Shown here: positions 1 to 13,353 of the stretch, in pieces | How positions within the stretch are numbered: the stretch's first letter is position 1 | Layout: each line of letters begins with the position of its first letter | Assembly (NCBI GenBank): GCA_964016885.1 | Contig: OZ024742.1 | Span: 111,042,001-111,106,000, forward strand | Source of the DNA: Eledone cirrhosa | Taxonomy: Eukaryota | Direction: 5' to 3' | Length of the DNA: 64,000 nt | Notes under the pieces: model-generated | The model's database searches: none | The model's input: the letters and a program-made list of their open reading frames with translations, nothing else | Told to the model about the DNA's origin: nothing | Position numbers and translations under genes: made by a program

Positions 1-430
1 GAAAAGAGAGACAAGTCAATGAATCTTGTGGACTTAAGTCCGAACAAATCAATCGACGAGAAGAGGCAGACACGCCCGAGCCACTTGAAAAGTGAGAGAG
101 AAAAGGATTTAATACAGGTCAGACTGGAGGAAATGAGAGAGTGGGAGTAGCAGAGGTTGAGTGAGTGAAAGTGTGAGGAAGAGGCCAGCCGAGAGTGTGT
201 GACCAGCAGGGAGGGGGGGGGGGGGGTTGTAAGAAAGCAAGAGGTACAAGGAGAGAGAAGGGGGAGAGAGAAAGAGGATAGCAGTATGGTGATAGAAAAA
301 ATACGAGCCACAGCGAGGGGAAAAAATATATGTGAATGAAAAAATGGCGTGTTGCGTTGTTGCGAATGTGATGCATATGAATGAAAATAGACCGAGAAAG
401 GGACTGTCCATCATCAGTAGTCTGATGATT
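1..430 (-). mobile_element. Non-coding repeat fragment related to the 33460-34485 element (probable PLE 3' UTR/pLTR derivative)
   Basis: Shares 'gaaagagacaagtc'-like and 'gttgc..atg.gat.catatgaa...gtcc.tcatcagt' blocks with 33630-34110; purine-rich plus strand; runs off the window start. Confidence 0.4.
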
Positions 431-687
431 ATCATTGGTATTTCTTCGCATTAAAGACTAGATACCTAAAATCAGTGGTACAATATTCTTTATTACTTTC
501 TGTATTTACATATACTAAATACATTAAAAAAATATATTGTGTAATATTTAAATACTTTTTAATATTTTTTTATTTTAAGGAAAATGGTATTAAGTTATAT
601 GTCAATAGGAGCCTTATGAATAGATTTGAGCACTGCAAACCAAGGAGAAGACAGGTGACTGGTGGCATATATATATATATATATCTT

Positions 688-756
688 CATTTTATTATAG
701 AAAGGACTTCTACAGGACAAACCGTTTCATTCGTTTCAAGAAACCACCAGGAAAGT
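688..756 (-). ncRNA. Degenerate type I hammerhead ribozyme / PLE pLTR end fragment
   Basis: Minus strand: actttc-CTGGTGG-tttcttgaaacgaat-GAA-ACGG-tttgtc-CTGT-A-gaagt. Same family as 16745 and 43426 but with a mutated core; embedded in (TA)n. Confidence 0.55.
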
Positions 757-764
757 ATATATAT

Positions 765-3700
765 ATATGCATATTTAAAGTGAAGATGGGCATTGTTTGG
801 TGTTCCGAAATTGCATGCTACACCGTTCATCCAATTTTCATGAAACTTGACACACATATAAAACACGACCCGTAGATTGGAATAGGCTACTTGAAATTTT
901 CTAAAAACCGTTAATCGGGCCCCTAGAAGCCAAAAATCGATATTTTCAAAAATCGTCCGATTTCGATGAAAATCGACGCAAGTGTGTATTTTGATCCGGG
1001 GATCGATAATTGGATCACCAGAGGCAAAACCGATATTTACGAAATGTGCCCGATTCCAAAGAAATTTGACGCAGGTATGTATTTTGATGCGGGGATTAAC
1101 GTGGGTTACTTGAAATTGTAAAAAAAAAAATCGATAATCGGACCCCCAGAGGCAAAAATCCGGCAACCGAAAAACGCCATTCTTCTTGCTTCCATTTGTC
1201 GCGACTCGTGCCATGCAAAAAATGTTCAATCTATCAGGATTATCCACCGTAAGTCTATTTAAATTAACGCTCACCATATTCAGCAAACCTTTTATGCCGA
1301 TTCTTCCATTTCTTATATAAGGACTATCAAAACTATACCGCCGCGCATCATCCTGTATTGCGCCCAGTCTTCTCAAGCGAACATCGAGCCTCCATGCGTT
1401 CCCTTCATTCCCGTAGTCCCACTACCGTAGCATAATGAGGCATCCGTCAACCCCTGCCCTCTCCCTTCCCTGCACGCCGTCGACCTACTGCATCGTTGTG
1501 CATCACCATGCGCATCTCTGCCTTGTCAGCCGCAATTCATTCCCCGACCCTTTCCATTGGCTGCCCTCCGTGGTCCCTAAGGACTGCCACGGCTCAACAT
1601 GCCGAATCCCTGCCCATTTCTATTGCCTACACTCCGGGAGAGCTCAAAACTTCCATGCCTGACCAAGCCGCATCCCTGCCACCGTCAACCCCTACCCTCT
1701 CCCTTCCCTGCACGCCGTCGTCCCACTGCATCGTCATGCCTCACCATGCTGCATGACTGCCCTGTCGGCCACCATCCCCTCCTCAACCCTTTCTTTTGCC
1801 TGCCTGCCGTGCTCCTTCAATACTGCCTTGCCTAACTAAGCCGCATCCCTGCCACCATCAAGTCCTTCCCTCCCCCTTCTCTGCACGCCGTCGTCCCACT
1901 TCATCGTCATCCCTCACCATGCCGCATCCACGCTCTGTCAGCCACCATGCCCTCCCCTTCCCTCTCCCTTACCCGCACGACTTGGTCCTTCACGAGTGCC
2001 ATGGTTCACCATGCGGAATCCCCGAAACCGTCAATCCGGCCATCTCCCTTCCCTGCACGACGTCGTCCCACTGCATCGTCATGCATCACCATGCCGCATC
2101 AATGCTCTGTCAGCCGCCATCCCCTCCTTGGCCCTTTCTTTTTCCTGCCCGCAGTGCTCCTTCAAGACTGCCATGGCACACCATGCGGCATCCTTGCCAT
2201 CGCCCACCCTGCCCCCTTCCTTGCCTGCTGGCCGTCGCCCCACTGCATCGTCATGCCTCAGGATGCCGCCTACATGCACTGTCAGCCACCATCCCCTCCT
2301 CGGCCCTTTCTTTTGCCTGACCGCCGTGCGCCTTCAAGACTCCCATGGCTATCTATGCCGCATCAATTCCTTGCCACCCGTTTAAACGTCATCAGTATGG
2401 CTTATTTTTGTCTCATTTGACCACCGATTTTCGCAGGCTAAACACAATACCAACGTGCACGATAGTCCATGGTAAATCCTTTTAATTACATGTTTATCAT
2501 GCTAAGCAAAGGATGAATAGCAACTCTTTCATTTCTCCTGACATGCCTTTCTGTCAATTATGGCCGAGAAGCATCCTGTGTAGCATCGCGTCTTCTCAAG
2601 CGATCAGCGTGCCTTCCACTGTCCTCACAATTGACTCACAACGCCGCATCCCCTAAACATCACCAGCATGGCTTATTTTTCTGCCGCGTTTAACCGGCCC
2701 TCATTCTAGGCCATAAACAACAAAACCGCACGATGATGCTGCGTAAGTCTATTTAAATTAATGGTCAACATGTTCAGCAAAACAATTGTACCAAATCCTC
2801 CTCTTCACCTCCAAGGCCTATCCCTTACATCTTAGAGGTCGGGATTCGCAATTTATACGATTTCAATATTGACACAACAGTCCGCCAGGTTTTTCGGCAC
2901 ATATTGCTCCGATAGGAATATCAACGTGATTTTCACTTAATTCGTAAGTGTTCAGTCTTCCGTATGCTTTTATTTTTTATTGATACAACACCGACTACAA
3001 TCATCTAACTTCACTTTGTAGGCTAGACGCGAATCACAAGGAAAACAATCCTCTGATATACAACCCCACCAAATTCTTTGGTCTACCTAGATTTCAATGG
3101 CTATATCCTTTGCTTTTGTACGGTTGTACATTTGACAATGTCGCAAAACATTATTCCACTTGCTTCTTACCTTTCAGCTATGAATTGGGCAGTGCCTTAA
3201 AATCCCGGTTTATTTGCGTGCAATTTTTTGGTATCTTATGAATGGAGAATCGAAAACCCTTTTTCTCATAACCTGATACATGCGTTACACATGCTCCATG
3301 GATGTTTGTGGACTATTTTTTCAAAATATCAATATCACAGATTGGAGCACAAAAAGAAACGTTTGTTCTTCATTTATTTCGATTAAAGCATCCTGCTGGA
3401 ATTTAGCGCAGACCCGTTTAAATCCAGCGCCTTATAACCCCGAATGTAACCGGGTACACCAGCTAGAAAGACAAATGGAAACATTGTTTCCTCGGTCCGA
3501 TTTGACGAAAGTCGATTTAGTTGCACAACAAATTAACAAACCATACTTGAAGACACGTTGAGGCTGTTGCAAAGGGCAATAACCCTAGACACAATTTTGA
3601 TCAACTTTTTTTCACATATAGCAAATTTACCGGGACAGGTCTTTAGCTACTCAAATCTACTTCAGAGGTCACGCATTCATGTAAAAAATCAATAAAACTG

Positions 3701-4172
3701 AAGCGGGGGTTCGACTTTGCGCAAAAAACAAGGCAAAATTGCACATGGGAAAATTTTTTACAGGAACGTCCGATTTTCTTGAAAACTGTCGCAAAAGATT
3801 CGCCATTATGCCGCGGTTCAGATAAAGTCCCTTTTATTTCTTCTTCTGCATATGTGAGCGCCAAAATTGTAAACAAAAAAAACTGTGAAAATATCGACTT
3901 TTTCACCCTGCTTTAAAAATCAACTGAAAATTCAATTTCAAGTGAATTTGACTTCCGTCAGTCTTGCAAAGAACAATTTTAACGAAACACTGTGAACCTA
4001 CAATTGATCCATTATTTATGCTCAATTACACACCTGCGTATACTAACCTCTGTTTTTTTGCTTGAGGTTCGAAGGTTTTTGCACCTGTGATGCGCGGGAA
4101 GTAACTTTTACACATTTTAACAACAGACCAAAGGTCCAATTATACCCGGGCAACGCCGGGTACTTCTGCTAG
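765..4172 (+). mobile_element. Non-autonomous Helitron-like element (~3.4 kb)
   Basis: Typical Helitron 3' end: hairpin acccgg-gcaacg-ccgggt (4144-4161) followed by CTAG|T (4169-4173). The 5' region ('aaagtgaag...ccgttcatccaattttcatgaaacttgacaca') resembles invertebrate non-autonomous Helitrons. Contains internal repeats and no RepHel ORF. 5' boundary approximate. Confidence 0.65.
1435..2380. repeat. GC-rich degenerate tandem repeat (~5 units of ~170-230 bp) inside the Helitron
   Basis: Recurring 'cccttccctgcacg.cgtcgtcccactgcatcgtcatgc.tcaccatgc.gcat' at ~1462, 1701, 1874, 2046 and 2215. Confidence 0.85.
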
Positions 4173-4679
4173 TATATATATATATGATGGATAGGTATAC
4201 ATATCAATTGTATAGTACACATAATGAATCTCTGGAAAATAATAATAGGTACATATAATTAATTCGACTCTTCTTCATAGCTAATATACTACAAGCGGGA
4301 ATACACATTTACACGCCTTTCTATCTACAGTATGAAATGGGACATAATAGATGCTTGATGCACAAGGAGTTGTGCAATAGTCGTTTCCCCTTGCGCCTAT
4401 GCTCTTTTATGTTACTCCAGTATCCAGTCGTTGGTTAACTCGAAACTTAGGTATTAATTATCTTGTAGCCTTTCAATAAAATGAAATATTGTTGTGTAGG
4501 TCTGAAGACTATACTTGTATCTCGTAACAGTAGAGGTTACCTAAATGATAATTTCATATATTTATGCAGCCTTTGGAATAAAATGTCCGGAGAATTATTT
4601 CTACATCTTTATCGACAAACATTTCTCCAGGAACATTCATAGGAATTATATGTGATCAGTTCCGTGCAGATGACTCCCT

Positions 4680-4925
4680 CACCGACATTGTCGGAAAATA
4701 TTATCGAAATTTCCGTCAGGTTCGCGGTCGTGCCCTTGGCAGTGGAAACTTCTGGTGTCCTTGGCCCTTGGGCTACCTCCCTATTCACCACCATAGGCGC
4801 TGAATTGGCCAGCCGCAAGTGAGTCTCGCGAGTTGGAATCGCTCTTCCAGCGCATCTCCCTTACCGTCCTCCGGGGAAAGGCCTTCTCCATTCTGTCCGC
4901 CGGGGCTGTGGGGAGGCCAGCACGT
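4680..4925 (+). mobile_element. CRE-clade non-LTR retrotransposon 3' fragment (restriction-like endonuclease C-terminus)
   Basis: Translates as FAVVPLAVETSGVLGPWATSLFTTIGAELAS..(frameshift)..RELESLFQRISLTVLRGKA, matching the CRE RLE consensus F.P.A.ET.G..G...FL.QR.S....RGNA; paralogous to 27500-27620. Confidence 0.75.
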
Positions 4926-6250
4926 GCGACCCCATTTGCTCACCATACGGATTAATAGGCAAAGTTATAAACTATTGCAAATAAACAGTTAAAGAACAAA
5001 AAAAAACACAACCTCATTTGAAGAGATTGGCTAACTGATTAAAAACGTAATTCACATGTATGCGGAACTCTCTCTAACAGGTGAGAGAATCAGCTACTAT
5101 TTATTTTCAGACCATTTCTCCCTTCCTATGTTTTTATAAACACACGTATTTAGGCACCACTCAAGCTATATTCATAAACTGTAAATAAGCGGTTAAAGCG
5201 AAAGAGATAGTCAATACATTGAAGATTACGAAAATATAGTGCTAGAAGAACAATAACATAAGCGTTACCGAAGAAATTGAAATTACTATCAAGTATATGA
5301 TTGCAAATGCCTTCTATGAAAAAGGGGTTACTGAGATATTTTTATTCATCCACTTACTTATGAAGTCAAAGCTGGTAACGCTTTATATCTGAACTTATTA
5401 ATGTGTAATGAAGTGTGAATATTTTAGCTACCATCGACCACTCATACTAAATCTTTGATTCATAACATCACTAAAACGTACCAAAATGCAGTCCGCCCAT
5501 ATAAAAAATTAAACAAATATGAATGCAGTACAGAAGGAACATATTTCTCTATTTTAGAATCCTCTCGACGCATGCCCAGCCTTTCAAACACCTAGAGCAC
5601 CAAAATGTAGATAAACTCTCTAATTATAAATATATATGAATTAATCACACTAAAAATGAAATTGATATAATTACCAACTTTAGTCGTAAACATTTTAATA
5701 CCTTTTTACAAGTACACATAATAAAAAATAATTGAAGAACTTCATTGTAAAGAAATCTACAAGCAAATTCAACCGATTAGATATATTAGAATTTTACAAC
5801 TCTAAAAATCACCACTATACATTATCTTCAAATTTAAATATTAATGAACACTAGACGGTCATGAAGAGATACACGAAGACACACACACACAAGTTATATA
5901 CATATACATACACATATAAATGCCTGTTTTGTTTTGTGCATACTAGTAGATGAATATGCACAGCCATTTTCGATCGCTTTTCCACTTAGGCGGTTTTATA
6001 TTGCTACATATCCATAATACATCTATCTAATTTCTAGAATTTGATTTTAAATACCATTTTTATAATTCATGTTACAGATTCGAGGGTATTTGGGCATTAT
6101 TTTACAAACATTTTAAAGATTTACAACTTTCCTGTTGTTATTTCACTTTTGTCGATTCCTTCTTTCCGACTTGAATTAAACACAAAAAAGATCGATTTAT
6201 TTTCAACACCTAACACTTGGCAAGACTTTATGTCCAGAAATATATATATA

Positions 6251-6933
6251 CTAGCAAATGACCCCCGTCCATTGGACGGTGTGAGTTCTTGGTAGGGCTG
6301 CAATGTTAATGGTCAATTTCCGTGTTGTATGTTTAACTTGGAGGATAATTTTACCTGATCAACTCTTTCAATAAAAAAAAATGAGACGGTATTCAAAAAG
6401 AGCAAGTTTTATTTACAGATATGTGTCATTAAAATGTGAACATAGAGAAATGTATCGTTAGCCGTGTCGGTTGAACAATGTGTATTTTAAAACATCCATC
6501 ATGAACACACACAAACACATACACACACAAACATACACACACATACACACAAACACACACACATACACACACAATCCCAAGACGTGACGTTGTGGAAGGG
6601 GGACAGTTAAGAAGTGTAATAAATAAGTTAAAATTAAAAACGCTGTATTTATCATATTCTCGTCACACACACTCCTCTCTTTCTTTATTTTTCTCTCTCT
6701 CTCTCACTCCTCTCTTTCTATCTCCCTCTCACACATCCTTCTCTCTCTGGTCGTTATGGAAATTACGCACACATACACACACAAACACATACACACACAT
6801 ATACACACGCACATACACATACAATCCCATAACGTCGTGTTGGGGAAGGGGGAGAGTTAAGAAGTGTGTAAAAGGAACGCTCTCTCTCTCTTTATGGCCG
6901 TCATGGAATTTGTTAGTGCAAAAGTCTATAAGA
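6251..6933 (-). mobile_element. Short non-autonomous Helitron-like element
   Basis: Minus strand ends with hairpin ccgtcca-a-tggacgg, then gggtcatttg-CTAG|T; putative 5' A|TC at 6933; internal duplicated 'acaatccca.aacgt..gt.tg.ggaaggggga.agttaagaagtgt' block. Confidence 0.55.
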
Positions 6934-7105
6934 TTATAAAATCGAAGTTTGTGACTTCGAAATTAATCATTATGAAATAATTTTTTCTTGATGTTACAAA
7001 CCGTAGCCTATTTTGGCTATGTGTTTAATTTGACAGAGATGGATGGAATATTTTCCAAGTGAAACTCTTTTACACACACACACAGAACGGGAATTATATA
7101 TATAG

Positions 7106-7209
<104 letters not shown>

Positions 7210-7753
7210 GAATATATCTACGTAGTTAAACAGCACAGGCTAGCATTCAAACAAGTAGAGTGCTGAGTTCAATTCCTAAAGTATGGATACTTTCCTTTCT
7301 TATGATTCTCTAACTTCTTGTTGCAGAATGTTGCCAGCTGCAACACCGTTTACTTTGCATGCTTGCCTCTAATTTTCCCAATGTTTACTTTCGATTATGT
7401 ATAATGGTATGAATATTCTCAAGGAATTTCTATTTATCATTTTGTATATATGTGAGAGAGTTCATAACAGCATACGAAAATTTATCTATAAAAAAATCTA
7501 CATCTATGAATTTGAATTCTGAGCGGCTATACACCAACTACTATCCTGTTCCCTCTTGAATTTCATACAAACTTCCGAGCTATTTGGTATCCAAAAAGGC
7601 AAACACTCTTGATCAGTATCTAGGTGGAGGGAATATATGGTATATATAAGTTACTATTTATGTATTACATATATATGTATGACTATGTACGTATTTATCT
7701 CCGTTCTTTCTGTGAACACACATATAGACACACACACACACACACTCACACAC

Positions 7754-7807
<54 letters not shown>

Positions 7808-9300
7808 GCTTTTGTTCATAATGTGTTCTTTTATGGTTATATACAAATCTGTAAGAATATAGTTCTCTTTCTGTTAGCTTTAAATAAACTGTAAGAGAGA
7901 GAGAGAGAAAGAAAAAGAGAGAGTGAGAGAGAGAGAATGAGACTGAGTGACAGAGACGTCTTAACATCTATAAACACGGACTCATATATACATAAATATA
8001 CATATGGTCTCTTAAATTCGTATAAGATTGCTATATTTAAGTACGTGACATAAAATATTTCAAATGGCTTTCTTCTCGTGTCAGGCAATGACGGTTGGCA
8101 TTAAATCACATTTAATATAGTATAACTGTTTTATATAATTTTACAACTATGCAGTAAGCTCTCTAAAAATATTTAATTCACGAATATAATCGTGTAATAA
8201 AAAATATTTAATAATGTGATTTCCAATTTTATGCTGTACCATATGAATAATATATAAAATATACTGAAATATTATGTATTTTTATGTAATTCAGAAGAGA
8301 TTTTCTGGAAAAGAAAGATCAAATTACCATGTAATCAACCACTTTACGCATATTCTCAAATAAGTCCACGAATAACAGGATCGTTAGTGTCATTTAGAAT
8401 GTATTGTAATATTTATTACAACGCTGTATACACCGTCCACCTCCAACAGAAATCATATTTGCCTTTGATCACCTTGTAGTAGATAAATACTTTATTGATC
8501 CAGTCTTGGGTGTCGGTCATACTTCAGTCTCTGTCATTGTCTTTCTGTCGAATGTGGTTTAAAATTCCGCTTGCCCCAAACATGTCATGTCATGGTGGCA
8601 CCATAACATTGCATCAGAAGGAGGCAATCTAGGAAGGAAAAACTTTTAGAAGATATTCACAAATGCATAGGTAATAATACAGTTAAATACTTACACGTAA
8701 CACAGAATATTTAAGATCATTCACTGTAATATAAAAATGTCATGAAAACCTGTAGCCAGTGCAAACGTAGTCTGAAGGTCGGTGATAACTTCCGTTTTCT
8801 ACAATGTTCCTTTTCTACAACGTCCCTTTTCTGTAAAATTAAGCTTCTGTAATTTAAGTTTCATACAATATATAACAAATTTGTTTAGTGCCATAGCGTA
8901 AAACAATACAGACTAAGGGATAAAAGGGTTCGCTTGTCGTATTTAGAGATATTTGATGGAAGAAACATAACTTGCGAAATTCCTAATATATCAACACGAA
9001 AACCAGTTAAACCAACGAAACACGATTTCATATTTGTAATGGAAGTATAATGTATATATATCGCATGTAAATTAGTTCTATCCGGGTGTAGATCCAGCGA
9101 ACACACAACCACCCACCCTCACACACACTCCCCTCTCTCTCTCTCTCTATATATATAATCATCAGTGTTTTCTAACAAATTTTGCAAAATTCCGCCTCAA
9201 TTCTATTTTCTTTTTATATTTTCTTTAAATCAGGTTTATAAGATATTTTTCTGGGGCTTGCATTTTCAGCTTTTTTTTATCTATATTAATCATACTGAAT

Positions 9301-9490
9301 GTTGTGGATTGGCAGTATTGGTAGAGGGTCGGACGCCATGCTTTGCAGCATAGAGTTACGTCCCTTTACGGACTGAGTTCAAATCCCGCCGAGGTTAACT
9401 TTGCTAACATCCTTAAGCGGTCGATAAAATAAAGTACCAGTAATATACTGGTTGATTGTTGGCCTTGTGCCAAAAGTAGAAACAATTATT
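9301..9490 (+). mobile_element. tRNA-derived SINE
   Basis: Pol III A-box-like tggcagtattgg and B-box gagttcaaatcc; 3' part 'gtcgataaaataaagtaccagt...ggccttgtgcc.aaagtagaaacaattatt'; other copies at 44862, 38282 and 37520. Confidence 0.85.
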
Positions 9491-9859
9491 TCTCTTAAAG
9501 ATACATGTGCTACGCCTGCCAGCTGGTGTTTTACCGATTTGCTTGAGAACTATCTTCTTGCAATATTGAAAATTACTCTATAAATATACCCGAAAAGGTA
9601 AATTTTACTCGAGTCACATCGAGCAAGAAATAAAATGGTATAACTTCATCTTTGGTGGTTTTGTAAATTTGTGTGTGTGTATGTGTGTGTGTGTGTGTGG
9701 GTGTGTGCATGTCTGTTTGTGGCTGTTTATATACTTATATGTTGTATGCGTATAGATATGTATATATTTATACACACATACACATATGTATGTATGTATG
9801 CATGTTAATATGTATATATATATTTATTTATTTATTTATATTTCTCTTAAGTCAGTATT

Positions 9860-10615
9860 GAACTAAAAGGACGAAAAATTGGTTCAGTACTATACGAACA
9901 CGCCAGACAACAACACGACGGTAACTTAGACAACATAGAAATTAAAATAATATCTAAACATAGAAATGATCCAGCAGATAGGCAAATCAGAGAGGCAAGC
10001 GAAATAGAGCTTAGAAGGCCAAAGCTAAACAGAAAAAGTGAATGGAATAACAACAACACCCAAACAAACAATACTGACCTAAGAGAAGTATAAATAAATA
10101 AATAAATACATACACAAGCACAATAACAACAAACACATATAAACACACATTAGTAAACTAAGATAGAATACAATAACCAAAACGCAGTCAACCAAACGCA
10201 AACACACACCAAACACTATACACACGTAAACGCATGCGCAGAAGAAGACAAAAATAAATAAATAAATAAACAGATACAATAAAACTGGCGTAGATATACA
10301 ATACAACAGGTGGAACATAATAGTACCACTGATGATGTTGCAGATGTGCAACGAAAGAACTTTGTTAGACTATATATATGTGTTTATATCTATATTATAT
10401 CTGTATTTTTGACCGTTGGTCAGTCAATGGTAAACATTGAGGACCAAATGAATTAACTGTGGAGATATGAAAGATACAGAAGCGAAAACCAACCAAAGAG
10501 TGAGTGTGTTCTGTTATTATTTCTGGCAATATTATTACAACAATAGGACCCCCCCCCCCAAGTATAACAATATTTGTTTCGACACACGATTTCATATCAA
10601 AAACCTTGCAAAACA
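9860..10615 (+). mobile_element. 5'-truncated PLE: GIY-YIG C-terminus plus 3' UTR/pLTR
   Basis: Plus frame reads SVLYEHARQQHDGNLDNIEIKIISKHRNDPADRQIREASEIELRRPKLNRKSEWN, homologous to the 36608-36877 ORF; HHR at 10324; the 10480-10615 block is shared with 37040-37110 and 49040-49170. Confidence 0.8.
10324..10367 (+). ncRNA. Minimal type I hammerhead ribozyme
   Basis: tacca-CTGATGA-t-gttgca(gatg)tgcaac-GAA-A-gaac-T-T-tgtta; one mismatch in stem I. Confidence 0.7.
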
Positions 10616-10674
10616 AATATATATATATAATGACGAAACATAAGTCAATTGCATGAACTCATAATCCTTTTTTT

Positions 10675-10730
10675 ACTGCCATATATATTTCGATGATAGC
10701 CATTGAATGGCTATGCCCTCATCAGGCAGT
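10675..10730 (-). ncRNA. Hammerhead-like motif (cleavage nucleotide is G, probably inactive)
   Basis: Minus strand: actgc-CTGATGA-gggc-atagccat(tca)atggctat-catc-GAA-A-tatata-T-G-gcagt; lies at the 3' end of a decayed minus-strand repeat (~10630-11005). Confidence 0.6.
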
Positions 10731-11007
10731 TAGTCAGTTCTTAGATATGCCATCTCTGTGTTTATAGTGTTGATGGTATCAGAGCCTTGGGACATATGAG
10801 CTTGTTAGGAATAATTTAATGTTGTCAGCAGGAATAGTCTTAATTCTCATTGGTCAGTTTGTAGATGTTAGTAGGGTTGGTATTTGACCTCAAAGGGGTA
10901 GATGGTGTTGTAAAGTTCAAACCGTCAGGCAAGATGACAATAGTTCCATATGACTGATTTTTACAAAAAGCATTCCTGGTCAGATATATATTCAATTGAG
11001 GTTAATA

Positions 11008-11090
<83 letters not shown>

Positions 11091-11264
11091 TTAGTTAAGC
11101 AAAACAAGACCACAAATTTCACAAGGAAGACATTATTAAAAGATTGTCAACATATTTTAGTTTGATGTAAGGAATGTAGAGAATAATAATAATAGTATTA
11201 CTAATAATAATGTCGGGTTACAATTGTTTCGCTGCTCCACGTACTTAACCGAAAAGCCCAAGCT

Positions 11265-12653
11265 TTGGTTAAGGACGTGCATCTGGATAGATCTACCCAC
11301 CCTTATGTACCAACAACCCCAAGGTTCTCTCTCAAGGATCACAAGCCAAACTTTATAGAGAACTCATCTATTAGACTCATAAGCCCAACCACATCTGACC
11401 TGGGCCGCATTAGTAATAACATCCTTGATAGGATAATCCCTGGGCTACGGGATGATACCACCTACAAGTTGTGGTCCAACACCGGCCAAGTCATTAGATG
11501 GTTCTCCGATCTAAGGTCCAAGCAATCTATGAGGTTCATCCAATTTGACATAGACAGCTATTACGCATCAATAACCCCGGAACTGCTCAACAAAGCATTA
11601 GCCCTAGCCACCACCAACTCGGACATAACCAATAATGAGATTAATATCATACTTATGGCTAGGCAGACTATCATTGAATTCAACGGAGCACTCTGGACTA
11701 GAAAAGATAGAACAGACAACTTTGACATTACGATGGGCTCAAGTGACTCCGCGCAAATCACCGATTTAGTTGGTATTTACCTATTACGTAACATCAGAGC
11801 CGAAATCCAACCCATGCAAGGCGGAATATACAGGGACGACGCCCTATTTGCAGTCCACAATTGCACTAATCGGGGAATCGAGTTGCTAAAGAAACAATTA
11901 CATAGATTCTTCAAAAATAACGGTCTCTCTATCACCATCGAGCCGAACCATAATGTAGTAAACTTCCTAGACATCACCCTGGATCTCAACAATAACCTAT
12001 ATAACCCTTACCATAAACCAGGTGAAATACTCACATATATTAGCCCACACTCTAACCACCCACCGGCAGTCATCAGAGCAGTAATCAAATCTATCTCCTA
12101 TAGGATCTCAATGCTATCAGCAAATGAGGAGATATTTATAAACCACGCACAATATTATAATAAGGCTCTCTCTGAATCTGGTTATAAACAATCAATTTAT
12201 TACATACCTAAATGCCATAACACAGCAATTCACCATAATAAACATAACACTAGAACTAGAAATACCTTAGCATATAGCCAGATTCGCAGGAATTTTAGCA
12301 GTAACAGCACCTATACAGGGAACTTTAATGGTGGCAGCGGCCTGCTCCCCATTCCAAGTACCATACTAAAAATCAACCCTAGAATAGGAATGAGAAATGG
12401 GATGACAAATAACAAATCCCCAGGTAATAATAACCCTAGGAAGGCCCCTACCAACTCCACTAGAAACCCTAGAAGGAATAGACCTAGAAATATCACGTGG
12501 CTTAGCCCCCCATTCTCATCTAATCTAGCCACTAATATCCCCAAACGCTTCTTCTCTATCCTATCTAAACACCTCCCCCCCCCAACCATAGATATTACAA
12601 ACTCTTTAATAAAAATAACATTAAAATCTCATTCTCCACAACACCTAACCTAG
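11265..12653 (+). pseudogene. PLE reverse transcriptase (5'-truncated, frameshifted near a C-run at ~12580)
   Basis: Motifs LKDHKPNF, RLISPT, FIQFDIDSYY, FDITMGSSDSAQITDLVG, GGIYRDDAL, VNFLDITLDL, PYHKP, SNHPP, ITWLSPPFS. Confidence 0.92.
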
Positions 12654-12847
12654 CTAGCCACATCGCGTTCAGTAACCATCATAAGCTAAGCCAATATAAC
12701 TCCCACACCACGGTACCACCACCCCTATCAAATACACCACGCCACTACACCAATAATTACTCTAGTAGCACACCTCCCCCATCTAATCCTTCTAGCACGG
12801 ACCTACCGCTTAGGTTAAACAACCCTACTCTCACTAACCGCAGAACA

Positions 12848-13353
12848 ACTGCAACTGCCGTTACCCCAATGCATGCCCATTAAATGGACACTGCATGACA
12901 CCCAACATAGTCTATAGGTGCACGTTTAAGACTGCTTCAAATACCAGCTCTTATATCGGGTCTACTTCTAACCCTTTTAAGGGATGCTATAACGCGCACT
13001 CTTTTTCCTTCCGAGACCCTAGCAACAGATGTTCGACATCGCTAGCTACGCTCATTAAAAACCTTAAATTAAACAACGTTCAACACTCACTAAAATGGGA
13101 TATCGTGGCTAGGGCCCAACCGTTCAATGGACGAAGAAATTCTTGTGATCTCTGTATTACGGAAGCATATTACATAATTCTATCACGACCTCTACCGATT
13201 AAGGATAGAACGGAGGTAACTATTAGCTGTCAACATCGAACGGCGAATTCCTTCGCCAATAGAATTTTTGACCCAACATTATATTATGTAACATTATCTC
13301 ATTATTTTAATTTATATTCCTTTGAAGTTCCGATGAGCCGCCCTGTCTATTAA
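12848..13353 (+). pseudogene. PLE C-terminal GIY-YIG endonuclease with CxCx5C linker
   Basis: CNCRYPNACPLNGHC-MTPNIVYRC...YIGSTSNPFK...STSLA...LKWDIVA...CDLCITE...RTEV..SCQH. The CxCx5C linker and C-terminal CxxC/CxH pattern are as I recall them for the Hydra clade. Confidence 0.85.

Noticed and set aside
395-430. Hammerhead at ctgatgatggacagtcc (minus strand)
   Set aside because: No GAAA or stem III follows; half motif only.
687-1376. 229-aa minus-strand ORF with repeated PRIKIHTCV
   Set aside because: Non-ATG start; mirrors the internal DNA repeats of the Helitron-like element and ends in a pLTR fragment.
1435-2420. Overlapping 75-174-aa Pro/His/Cys/Ser-rich ORFs
   Set aside because: Open in several frames because of the GC-rich tandem repeat; no domain signature.
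9301-9390. tRNA gene (A and B boxes present; also at 44862)
   Set aside because: No cloverleaf; continues into a repeated SINE body.
11265-13353. Selenocysteine (UGA) recoding as in Naiad PLEs
   Set aside because: Disruptions in the PLE ORFs here are frameshifts or TAG/TAA stops, and the endonuclease is C-terminal rather than N-terminal.
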